A DNA stretch of 64,000 nt, taken from Acidobacteriota bacterium. Its GTDB lineage: Bacteria > Acidobacteriota > Terriglobia > Terriglobales > Acidobacteriaceae. Below, piece after piece: positions 9,694-17,957 of this stretch. The position numbers and the translations under genes were made by a program. Numbering within the stretch: position 1 is the first letter of the stretch; every line of letters begins with the position of its first letter. A model generated the notes under the pieces. It saw nothing but the letters and a program-made list of their open reading frames with translations. It had not been told where the DNA came from and ran no database searches. The stretch spans positions 25,325 through 89,324 of the forward strand of contig JABDHA010000005.1 in assembly GCA_013285705.1 (NCBI GenBank), written 5' to 3'.

Positions 9694-10965
9694 CTAATGC
9701 GCACGCTGGCGCTCTCGTACCACCTCTAACTGCTTCCGCAAAAACCGCCGTTCCGGGTCGGAGCAATCGCATTTAAGCGCTGCGGTAAACGCTATTTCTG
9801 ATTCCGCAAATCGGCCAAGCTCAGCGAGTATATGTCCACGCACCGCTGGAAGCAGATGGTACGCATGCAAGGGACTGCATGTCTCAAGAGGCAGCAGTTC
9901 GGCAAGAGCAGCGTCGGCGCCATGCACCTTCATCACCACTGCGGCGCGATTGAGCGCCACGATCGGCGAAGCGTTCATTTGCACAAGCTCATCGTAATGC
10001 GCGAGAATCGCGCGCCAGTCGATTGCCTGCGGCGTCTGAGCCTTTGCATATTCTGCTGCAATGGCTGCCTGTATGTGCCATTCTGAAACCGCGGTGCCGA
10101 TCATCGACTTGTCAAAATAATAAAAGCCCATCGCGATCAGCCCATTGTCCCAAAGAGTATGATCCTGCTCCTCCAGCAGCACCAGGTCGCCGGCAGCGTC
10201 TGTTCGCGCCGGCAGCCTCGCTGCCTGAAGAGCCATCAGCGCTACAAGCGCATCGACAGGTGGAGAGGCGATCGACGAAGCAGCCACCATCCGAGCCAAC
10301 CGCAACGCTTCGATGCAAACATCCTGGCGAATCAGCTTTTCACCGGCGGGGACTGCATATCCGCCGCTGAACATGAGATAGATGACCTGCAGGACGGAAT
10401 CAAGCCTGTGCCTCAGTTCGCCATTCGCCGGCATGCCTAACGACAAATTCCGCTCGCGAATCAATCGTTTTGCTCTTACCAATCGTTGCGCAACGGTGCT
10501 CTCTTCGACTAAGAAAATTCTCGCTATCTCACCTGCGCTGAAGCCGCTGACTAATTTCAAACTCAAGGCTACGCGCGCTTCCTGCGGCAATTCAGGATGG
10601 CAGCACATGAAGATCATGCGCAGCTCATCGTCGCGCAGCTGCTCTTCAGTGCAAACGTCTTCGATTTGCAGCGTTCTTGTTTCCATCGCCGCAACCAGAT
10701 CGTCCATCTTGGTTTCGAAGTTCGACCCGCGACGCAGCATGGAGATCGCATAGTTATGCGCCACGCGAAAGAGCCACGCCTCCGGCTTTTCCGGAATGCC
10801 CTCGAACGACCAGGACTGCGCAGCACGCAGCATCGACTCCTGTACGGCATCTTCCGCCAGTTGCAGATGTTGAGAGCCGAGCAGCCCTGCCAACCATGAA
10901 ACAGTCCGCCCCGCCTGCATGCGAAACAGGTGCTCCAGCAAAACCGGACTGCTCGACTCTTCCAT
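9694..10965 (-). CDS. ECF42-type sigma-70 factor with C-terminal TPR extension
   Basis: AEDAVQE, AWLFRVAHN, DDELRMIFMCCHPEL, VAQRLVRAK and a long helical tail. Lies directly downstream of a DGPF gene. Confidence 0.92.
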   Translation of the reverse strand: MEESSSPVLLEHLFRMQAGRTVSWLAGLLGSQHLQLAEDAVQESMLRAAQSWSFEGIPEKPEAWLFRVAHNYAISMLRRGSNFETKMDDLVAAMETRTLQIEDVCTEEQLRDDELRMIFMCCHPELPQEARVALSLKLVSGFSAGEIARIFLVEESTVAQRLVRAKRLIRERNLSLGMPANGELRHRLDSVLQVIYLMFSGGYAVPAGEKLIRQDVCIEALRLARMVAASSIASPPVDALVALMALQAARLPARTDAAGDLVLLEEQDHTLWDNGLIAMGFYYFDKSMIGTAVSEWHIQAAIAAEYAKAQTPQAIDWRAILAHYDELVQMNASPIVALNRAAVVMKVHGADAALAELLPLETCSPLHAYHLLPAVRGHILAELGRFAESEIAFTAALKCDCSDPERRFLRKQLEVVRERQRAH

Positions 10966-10968
10966 AAA

Positions 10969-11301
10969 TCAGTGAATCGCTTCCCGGATCTCGACACCGC
11001 CGAATTCCAGGTGCGGGTGGTCCATCGAGAGCTGGACCGCCTCATCGAAGCTGGCCGCTTCAATCACGTAGTAGCCGCCAAATACTTCTCTGCCCTCGCT
11101 GAACGGCCCATCGGTGACATTCACCTTGCCGTTTTCTCTGCGCAACACGCGCCCTGTCCCCGCATTCAACCCTTTCCCATCCACAACGAATGGATTCTTG
11201 CGCCAGGCGTAGTATTTCTCAACGGCTTTCTGCATCGCTTCCGGGCTAAGATTGTTCCAGGTTTCGCGATCATCTCGTAACAAAAGCATGTAATGTGGCA
11301 T
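10969..11301 (-). CDS. YCII/DGPF-domain protein
   Basis: VTDGPFSEGREVFGGYYVIEA motif. GGAGG RBS. Confidence 0.93.
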   Translation of the reverse strand: MPHYMLLLRDDRETWNNLSPEAMQKAVEKYYAWRKNPFVVDGKGLNAGTGRVLRRENGKVNVTDGPFSEGREVFGGYYVIEAASFDEAVQLSMDHPHLEFGGVEIREAIH

Positions 11302-11318
11302 ATTTCCTCCTGGCTAAT

Positions 11319-11345
11319 AACGAAGAACAAGGTCGAAAATCGACA
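11319..11345 (-). promoter_or_regulatory. Putative ECF42 autoregulatory promoter
   Basis: Minus strand reads TGTCGA-N17-CGTT just upstream of the YCII RBS. This resembles the TGTCGA -35 described for ECF42. Confidence 0.65.
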
Positions 11346-11380
11346 ATTTCGAAAGATTTTTTTGACTATTTTCTTCGCAT

Positions 11381-13360
11381 CTAAGGCAAAGCAAACGCCA
11401 CGATGGCATCCCCCTTCGCCTCTTCGCTGATGTGGGCGCTTCCCCCTGCGGCAATCACCACGTACTGCTTGCCATTGATTTCATAGGTCATCGGCGTAGC
11501 GTGTCCGCTGAATGGTAGCGGAGCCTCCCACAATTCTTTGCCTGTTTCCACATCAAAGGCATGGAGAAACGGATCTATGGTTCCAGAAATAAAGATCAAT
11601 CCGCCAGCCGTTGCAATCGGGCCGCCGATGCTGACGGAGCCTGCAGGCGTAGAACCATGCGTACGACCAAACTTTTCCATGGAGCCGAAAGGCACCTGCC
11701 AGCGAATCGTTCCCGTGCTCAGGTCTACTGCCGTAAGCATGCCCCATGGCGGCTGGGAGCATGGCAGATTCGACTCTGGTGCCTGCAGGAACCGGCGATA
11801 CATTCCATACGGAGCGCCTACCTGCGCCGTGTATTCACCTTCTTCGACTCTTTGCGCCTGGTCGTCAAACTCAGCGCGTGGAATGACTCTCATCTTCGCA
11901 GGAAGATTATTGGTGTTCACGACCAGCAGATGATTCTGCGGATCAAAGGCATAGCCACTCCAGGTCATTCCGCCGAGATTGCCCGGTACCGCCAATGTTC
12001 CCTTGATGCTGGGTGGTGTAAAAATGCCTTCATTGCGCAGGCCCTTGATCCAGGCGCGGCATGCATCGCGGTCGGCTGGTGTGGCTCCCCAAGCGTCATC
12101 CGCAGACATTTGCTGCGGAGCAAGAGCAGGCGGCGTTGACGGAACAGGCTGCGTCGGCGAAGTTACTTCCCCAGGCACGTCGCTCTGCGGCACAGGGCGT
12201 TCTGTCACCGGAAACACTGGCTTGCCCGTGATGCGATCGAGCACATAAAGAAAGCCCGTCTTGTTTCCCTGAATCACGACCGGCACCTGCTTCCCATCGT
12301 GAGGCACAGTTGTCAGCAGCGGCGGCGACGCTGAATCGTAATCCCAAAGGTCGTGATGGACGAGCTGAAAGCCCCACGCAACTTTGCCGGTCTTTGCCTC
12401 CAGCGCGACAACGGAGTTCGCCCACTTGTCATCTCCCGGACGCAAGCCGCCGTAGTAATCAGGACTCGCGCTTCCCGTTGGGACAAACACCAGATCGCGT
12501 TCCGGATCGACGGTCATGATCGACCATGCGTTGGCTGCACCGGTAAACCATTTTTTATCGGTCGCTGTGTTGAGAGGAATCGGGTCCCAGCTCCAGCGCA
12601 GCGCACCGTTGCGTGCATCGAAGGCGCGCACCACGCCACTCGGCATGTCGGCGCGCCCGTTGTCGTCAATGGCAGAACCAACAATAACGATGTCGTCGAT
12701 CACCGCTGGAGGCGAAGTGATGTGATACCAGCCAGGCCGAAAGCCAGGAACATCGCGGAGACTCATCTCGCCACCATGGCCAAAATCCTCGCATGGAGTT
12801 CCCTTCGACGCATCGAGCGCAATGAGGCGAGCGTCAATGGTGGCCTCAAATATCCGACGATGACATGGGGTCTTCACCAGGCGTTGCCGGTCGAGCCAGG
12901 TGCTTACGCCACGATTGATCAGCCCATCGCCCGACTCCCATTTCTGATCGATGTGCGGATCGTAGGCCCATCTCTGCTTCCCTGTTTCCGGATCGAGCGC
13001 GATCACACGATTGAAAGCAGTGGTTAAATAGAGAGCTCCGTCCACCATGATCGGCGTCGTTTCCAGGCCGCTGCGTTCCCTGCCGTCCTTGCCATTAGAA
13101 ACATCCTCTGTATGAAAGACCCAAGCCTGTTTCAGCTGGGTGACATTGTCCCGATTAATCTGCGTCGCGCCCGAAAACCGCATGCCTCCAGGATCGTTGC
13201 CATAGCTTGGCCATTCAATTGAACGGCTGGATTGTGCGGCGGCCGAGAGTCCGGCGGCAAATACAAGCAAAACAAATACGCCTCGCATCCAAGCCTTGAA
13301 AGCCTGTCTATGACGGCGCAGTCGGATAGGAATTATCGAATAGAACGCGAAATCGGTCAT
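11381..13360 (-). CDS. PQQ-dependent glucose/quinate-type dehydrogenase
   Basis: WPSYGNDPGGMRFS, ETTPIMVDG, HHDLWDYD, PPWGMLTAVDL and ATPMTYE beta-propeller motifs. The start may be ATG 13288. Confidence 0.93.
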   Translation of the reverse strand: MTDFAFYSIIPIRLRRHRQAFKAWMRGVFVLLVFAAGLSAAAQSSRSIEWPSYGNDPGGMRFSGATQINRDNVTQLKQAWVFHTEDVSNGKDGRERSGLETTPIMVDGALYLTTAFNRVIALDPETGKQRWAYDPHIDQKWESGDGLINRGVSTWLDRQRLVKTPCHRRIFEATIDARLIALDASKGTPCEDFGHGGEMSLRDVPGFRPGWYHITSPPAVIDDIVIVGSAIDDNGRADMPSGVVRAFDARNGALRWSWDPIPLNTATDKKWFTGAANAWSIMTVDPERDLVFVPTGSASPDYYGGLRPGDDKWANSVVALEAKTGKVAWGFQLVHHDLWDYDSASPPLLTTVPHDGKQVPVVIQGNKTGFLYVLDRITGKPVFPVTERPVPQSDVPGEVTSPTQPVPSTPPALAPQQMSADDAWGATPADRDACRAWIKGLRNEGIFTPPSIKGTLAVPGNLGGMTWSGYAFDPQNHLLVVNTNNLPAKMRVIPRAEFDDQAQRVEEGEYTAQVGAPYGMYRRFLQAPESNLPCSQPPWGMLTAVDLSTGTIRWQVPFGSMEKFGRTHGSTPAGSVSIGGPIATAGGLIFISGTIDPFLHAFDVETGKELWEAPLPFSGHATPMTYEINGKQYVVIAAGGSAHISEEAKGDAIVAFALP

Positions 13361-13499
13361 CGTTTGGCTATCTATACGCAGCGAACCCCGTTACGGTTCG
13401 CAGAGTAGCACAAGGCCAAACAAATTTTGATGACTCAAGGCGAAAGAAGATACGAAACAAGCAGTTGGGAAAGCCGGGAAGATTCAACGATTCTCGCGC

Positions 13500-14231
13500 T
13501 TATTTATCTCTTTGATTTCGCAATAATTGCTCTGCCGCCCGAAGATCTTCCTCCGTATCCACACCGATGGTGTCAAAGGGCGTCGACGTTACATACACAT
13601 CGATCCCGTTTTCGAGGAAGCGTAGCTGCTCCAGCCGCTCAATGGCTTCGAGCCTGCTGGGCGGAAGTTTGGGAAACCGCTCGAGCGCCGACTTACGGTA
13701 GGCATAAAAACCAAGGTGCTTCTGACACGGAACATTGGCGATGCCATCGCGGTTATATGGAATCGTGGCGCGGGAAAAGTAGAGGGCGCGTCCATCCGCG
13801 GCTGTAACCACCTTCACCGCATTCGGATTGCCGATTAAATTGGGAGAGCACGGAGTCGAAAGCGTAGCCACTTCCACTTCAGGCCTCACCATCGGTTCGA
13901 GCAAGGCATCCAGATGCTCCGGACGCAGCAACGGCTCATCACCCTGAATATTGACATAGATATCGACCGCAATAGATTGAGCGACCGCATAGACGCGATC
14001 CGAGCCGCTCGCGCAGTCTTCCGGAGTAAAAACAGCCGGGAAGCTGCGCGAGTGCGCAAACTCCATAATCTCTTCTGAATCGGTAGCGATCAGCACCTGA
14101 TCCAGTTGCGTGCACGCACGCGCTGCACGATAGACCCAGGCCAGCATCGGCTCGCCCGCGATTTCGCGAAGAACTTTGCGCGGCAGGCGTGTCGATGCAA
14201 GCCGCGCGGGGATGACACCAAGAATGCGCAA
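13500..14231 (-). CDS. kdsB: 3-deoxy-manno-octulosonate cytidylyltransferase
   Basis: IPARLASTRLPRK, NIQGDEP, HLGFYAY, LEQLRFLENG and GVDTEEDL. Confidence 0.96.
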   Translation of the reverse strand: MRILGVIPARLASTRLPRKVLREIAGEPMLAWVYRAARACTQLDQVLIATDSEEIMEFAHSRSFPAVFTPEDCASGSDRVYAVAQSIAVDIYVNIQGDEPLLRPEHLDALLEPMVRPEVEVATLSTPCSPNLIGNPNAVKVVTAADGRALYFSRATIPYNRDGIANVPCQKHLGFYAYRKSALERFPKLPPSRLEAIERLEQLRFLENGIDVYVTSTPFDTIGVDTEEDLRAAEQLLRNQRDK

Positions 14232-14258
14232 ATCATGCTCCTGATGTCGCTAGTGTAA

Positions 14259-15686
14259 TCAATCGCGAGCGATGAAGGGCATTCCGAGCAGCGCAAGGAG
14301 CAAAGCAATATCGAACCACGCAAACCAATCGCCAAATCGGGAATAGATCGTCACGTCATGACGAACGGGCACTGTCGTCACTACGGTTGCAAAGGGAGTG
14401 AAATCGGTTCCGTGCTGGCCCAGCACATGCCCGCGATCGTCTGAAACATAGAGAATGCTCTTCTTCGCGGAGCGCGCAACGCTGAATCCACCTTCCACCC
14501 CGCGCATAATCGCGATGCTGCCGTGCGACCATCCATCCAGGAAGAAGTCCCACCCCGGCACAAGCATCAGGCCCACTCCATCCTGCGAGTATTGACGGCT
14601 GAGGCGAGGAAAATCCAGGTCTTTGCAAATTTCAAGACCCCAGGTCCCGGAAGGTTCAGAGACAGTAGACCGAGAGGTTGACGGAGTGAATTGATCCTCC
14701 CAATGCGGCAGCAAATGGTGTTTGTTGTAAGTTGTGAGCAGCGTACCGTTGGGTGCATAGAGCCGCTCCTGGTTCCATGCGCGCTTCGATTCAATGCGAT
14801 CCACGCCAACAGCGATAAATGCGTGCGTCTGCTTCGCCAGTTCCTCAAGCGCCGCATCTGTTACCGGTTCAGACGCGTCTGTGATGGGGCCGCTGTGCTC
14901 CGGCAGCACAAACACCTGTACCCCTTGCGAAGTAAGCGTCTGCATCTCTTTGCCATATTGGTCGAAGACATACTGAGTCTGCTGTGGAGTAGATGCGACC
15001 AGCATCTTCGCGTCGTCCGACGCAATCAGGCCAACCTTTACACTCGGCGAGTTCTTTGGTGTCGCAGCAAGACGCCAGAAGCCGTAACCGAAAACGGCGA
15101 CGAGGAAAACGGATGCCATCAATGCCGCAGGCAGCTTCTGCTGCACCGATCCCGCGCTCAGCAACGCCGCTGCCGTAGCGGCAAAAAGAAATATCGAAAA
15201 GCTGATGCCCCAGATACCCGTAACCGATGCAATCTGCAGAATCGGCAAGAATTTTATTTGAGAGTAGCCGTAGTTTCCGATGGTTCCGTGAACTGACACC
15301 AGCGACGTCACATATTCATAGAGGACCCAGAAGCCAGGGACGATCAACACCGCCTGCCAAAGCTTTCCTCGCAGAACCCGGTCCCGAAACAAGAGCGTCG
15401 CCGCACCGAAAAAGCAAGCCGGAACAACTACATTGAGCAAGCAAACCCACAGCGGGACCACAATCGCCAGGTAATACCACTCGTTGAGCGCGCCGATTGA
15501 CAAAGCTGCCGCCGCTACAAAAAATGCCGTCCCCGCAGAGAGGCGCGGAGACAGCCAGAGCACCGGGCTGGCGGCCAGCCACGTCAGCTGCCACGCTGGC
15601 AAAAGACCTGTGCCAAAGAAAAACAGCGCAGCCGAAAGCGTGAGGCAAAGAATGACAAGAGTATTGTTATTTAGCTTTGAGACCAT
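14259..15686 (-). CDS. Membrane carbon-nitrogen hydrolase (apolipoprotein N-acyltransferase-like)
   Basis: TM N-domain with QIASVTGIWGISF. Nitrilase triad E (VLPE), K (YNKHHL) and C (EICKD). C-terminal TIYSRFGDWF. Confidence 0.85.
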   Translation of the reverse strand: MVSKLNNNTLVILCLTLSAALFFFGTGLLPAWQLTWLAASPVLWLSPRLSAGTAFFVAAAALSIGALNEWYYLAIVVPLWVCLLNVVVPACFFGAATLLFRDRVLRGKLWQAVLIVPGFWVLYEYVTSLVSVHGTIGNYGYSQIKFLPILQIASVTGIWGISFSIFLFAATAAALLSAGSVQQKLPAALMASVFLVAVFGYGFWRLAATPKNSPSVKVGLIASDDAKMLVASTPQQTQYVFDQYGKEMQTLTSQGVQVFVLPEHSGPITDASEPVTDAALEELAKQTHAFIAVGVDRIESKRAWNQERLYAPNGTLLTTYNKHHLLPHWEDQFTPSTSRSTVSEPSGTWGLEICKDLDFPRLSRQYSQDGVGLMLVPGWDFFLDGWSHGSIAIMRGVEGGFSVARSAKKSILYVSDDRGHVLGQHGTDFTPFATVVTTVPVRHDVTIYSRFGDWFAWFDIALLLALLGMPFIARD

Positions 15687-16251
15687 GAAGCATTCTCCTT
15701 AACGAGCGTTGGACGAGAGCACGAAATTCTTCCGGCGAAAGATGGAAGCGTCCCGCGCGGTAGAGAGTGACGTAGCCGTGGTGGTGAGCCCATATTTCCA
15801 TTGCGACTTCCCAAATGTCGTCGCGTTTCAGATAGCCCTTATCCATGGCATGCTCCACGGCGTCGGCGAGGGGGGTCAGAGTTGGCGAGCGGCGTGCACG
15901 AAAATCATCAGGATAGCGGCGCGCGTTCGGCCTGGGCTGCGAGAAAACATAATCGAAGATGCGCGGCCGGTCGAAAGCGTATTCGATATACGCGTCCATA
16001 TAGTTGAGCAGCCAGCTTTCCATGGAACCACGCATGGGCCGCGCCTGAATATAGCCGAGGAACTTGGCAAATTCCCGATCGGTGATGAAATTGAGCAGTG
16101 CTTCGCGGTTGGGAAAGTGGTGATATATGGCCATCGGCGTAATGCCAACAGCCTGGGCCACGCGCCGCATGCTGACCGCGTCTTCCCCTTCTTCTTCAAG
16201 AATCTTGAGTGCCTCTTCGGCAATACGCTCGGCAGTGGTCGCGTCCTTCAT
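15667..16251 (-). CDS. TetR/AcrR family transcriptional regulator
   Basis: HTH SMRRVAQAVGITPMAIYHHFPNREAL and a WAHHHG (WHG-like) C-domain. Overlaps the downstream gene. Confidence 0.95.
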   Translation of the reverse strand: MKDATTAERIAEEALKILEEEGEDAVSMRRVAQAVGITPMAIYHHFPNREALLNFITDREFAKFLGYIQARPMRGSMESWLLNYMDAYIEYAFDRPRIFDYVFSQPRPNARRYPDDFRARRSPTLTPLADAVEHAMDKGYLKRDDIWEVAMEIWAHHHGYVTLYRAGRFHLSPEEFRALVQRSLRRMLHGLKAK

Positions 16252-16252
16252 A

Positions 16253-16290
16253 GCTATACACTGTATAGCAAGTAGGTATACGGTGTACAG
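16253..16290. promoter_or_regulatory. Tandem TetR operators
   Basis: Perfect palindrome GCTATACA-C-TGTATAGC (16253-16269) and a degenerate copy GTATACGGTGTACAG (16276-16290), immediately upstream of the tetR start. Confidence 0.75.
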
Positions 16291-16388
16291 TTATTTTTTT
16301 CACCTCGAAAAATCCCTGATCGAGACGGGGCTTCCGTGCTCACCTAAAAATTTAGAATTGAGGGATAGAAAAGAGTGTGGCGGCCCGT

Positions 16389-16417
16389 TTGACCTCAAAC
16401 CGCATCGTTCGTATCAT
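16389..16417 (+). promoter_or_regulatory. Sigma70 promoter of tRNA-Met
   Basis: TTGACC-N17-TATCAT, ending 40 nt upstream of the tRNA. Confidence 0.65.
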
Positions 16418-16457
16418 AAAAGTGGTTGCACTTCAGCAGTTTCCCACCTGCAAAACC

Positions 16458-16534
16458 GGCGGCGTAGCTCAGATGGTTAGAGCGACGGACTCATAACCCG
16501 TAGGTCGGTAGTTCGATTCTACCCGCCGCCACCA
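16458..16534 (+). tRNA. tRNA-Met (CAT), elongator type
   Basis: Full cloverleaf GGCGGCG-TAGCTCAGATGGTTAGAGC-GACGGA-CTCATAA-CCCGT-AGGTC-GGTAG-TTCGATT-CTACC-CGCCGCC-ACCA with encoded CCA. The G1-C72 pair argues against an initiator. Confidence 0.95.
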
Positions 16535-16685
16535 GAACGCCCCAGGGGACCGCATTCCTACATCTATATCTGCCGTTTTGACGCCAAGCAATGAGTCCTA
16601 AGCCGCTCTGTCGGGGATAGTCCAGCAAGGCACCCTCCGGCTGGAGTATGATTCTGCTATCAGCTCCTAGCTGCCGAGTCTTGCC

Positions 16686-17915
16686 ATGTCTAAGGGTTTT
16701 AAGCGCGCTATTCTTGCGATTTCCGTACTGCTTGTGATTGTTGTTTTCCTTGGTGGATTTGGACTGAGCGGTGTGCGCGCAGGCACGCAGAGTGATGGAG
16801 CCTATCGCGAGATGGGCGTGTATGAGGAAGTCCTGCACAAGATCCAGAGCGACTACGTGGTCGAGCCCAGCATTGGCAACGTGACCAACGGCGCGCTGCA
16901 TGGATTGCTCGAATCCCTCGATTCCGACTCCAGCTATTTGAGCCCGGCCGAATACACGACCTACAAGGCCCATGCAAATGAAGGCGCAGCGCAAATCGGC
17001 CTGAACGTCTCAAAGCGGTTCGGTTATGCGACTGTGGTTTCGGTGATGCCGGGAAGTCCTGCCGAGCGGGAACAGATTCAGGATGGCGATATTATCGAGT
17101 CGATTGCCGGGCAGTCTACGCGTGAAATGTCATTGGCAATGATCCGTTTAATGCTCGAAGGCAAGCCGGGCACGGACGTGACTTTCTCCCTCGTGCGGCC
17201 CAATCGCGGCAAATCGGAGCCGGACAAGATCACACTCACTCGTACCGCCGTGGCCACTCCCAACATGGGTGAGCAGGAATACGAAAACTCCAGCATTCTC
17301 TATCTGAAGCCGATCGTCCTCACGAAAGAGCGCGTCAACGATATCGAGAGCCGCCTTCACGCCATGCAGAAGAACAATAACCAGAAGATTCTGCTCGATC
17401 TGCGCGATGTAGCCCAGGGCGATGAATCGCAGGCAGTACGGCTGGCGAATGCTTTCCTGCAGACCGGCACGATTGCCACGCTGGAAGGTCAGAAGGTGCC
17501 GAAGCAGACCTTTGCGGCAGAGGCAGGCAAGTTCATTACATCGGCTCCGCTTGTCGTTCTCGTCAACCACGGCACAGCAGGCCCCGGAGAACTGGTCGCC
17601 GCTGCAATTCTGGACAGTAAACGCGGTGACGTAGTCGGCGATCGCACATTCGGTGAAGGCACGGTACAGAAAACGATTGAGTTGCCTGACGGCGCTGCTC
17701 TGATTCTTTCCGTTGCGAAATACGAATCACCTTCAGGCAAAAAAATTCAGGATGAAGCCGTAACGCCGAACGTGGTTGTTGCCCCCAGCATCGATCAGTA
17801 TCTGGCAGAGGCTGAAGAGCCTGAGACACAGCCGCAGAATGCGCAGAAGGCGGCAACGCACACCGACGACCAACTCAACAAAGCTTTGGATCTGTTGAAA
17901 CAGAAGAACGCCTAA
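16686..17915 (+). CDS. S41/CtpA-family PDZ protein with catalytic residues substituted
   Basis: N-terminal TM/signal, LDSDSSYLSP, a PDZ domain (VMPGSPAE...GDIIESI), LLDLRD, VLVNHGTAGPGE and GDRTFGEGTVQ. Confidence 0.9.
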   Translation: MSKGFKRAILAISVLLVIVVFLGGFGLSGVRAGTQSDGAYREMGVYEEVLHKIQSDYVVEPSIGNVTNGALHGLLESLDSDSSYLSPAEYTTYKAHANEGAAQIGLNVSKRFGYATVVSVMPGSPAEREQIQDGDIIESIAGQSTREMSLAMIRLMLEGKPGTDVTFSLVRPNRGKSEPDKITLTRTAVATPNMGEQEYENSSILYLKPIVLTKERVNDIESRLHAMQKNNNQKILLDLRDVAQGDESQAVRLANAFLQTGTIATLEGQKVPKQTFAAEAGKFITSAPLVVLVNHGTAGPGELVAAAILDSKRGDVVGDRTFGEGTVQKTIELPDGAALILSVAKYESPSGKKIQDEAVTPNVVVAPSIDQYLAEAEEPETQPQNAQKAATHTDDQLNKALDLLKQKNA

Positions 17916-17957
17916 AGCAATTGCACGCTCGGCGGTTCTAAATACCTGGACACACTG

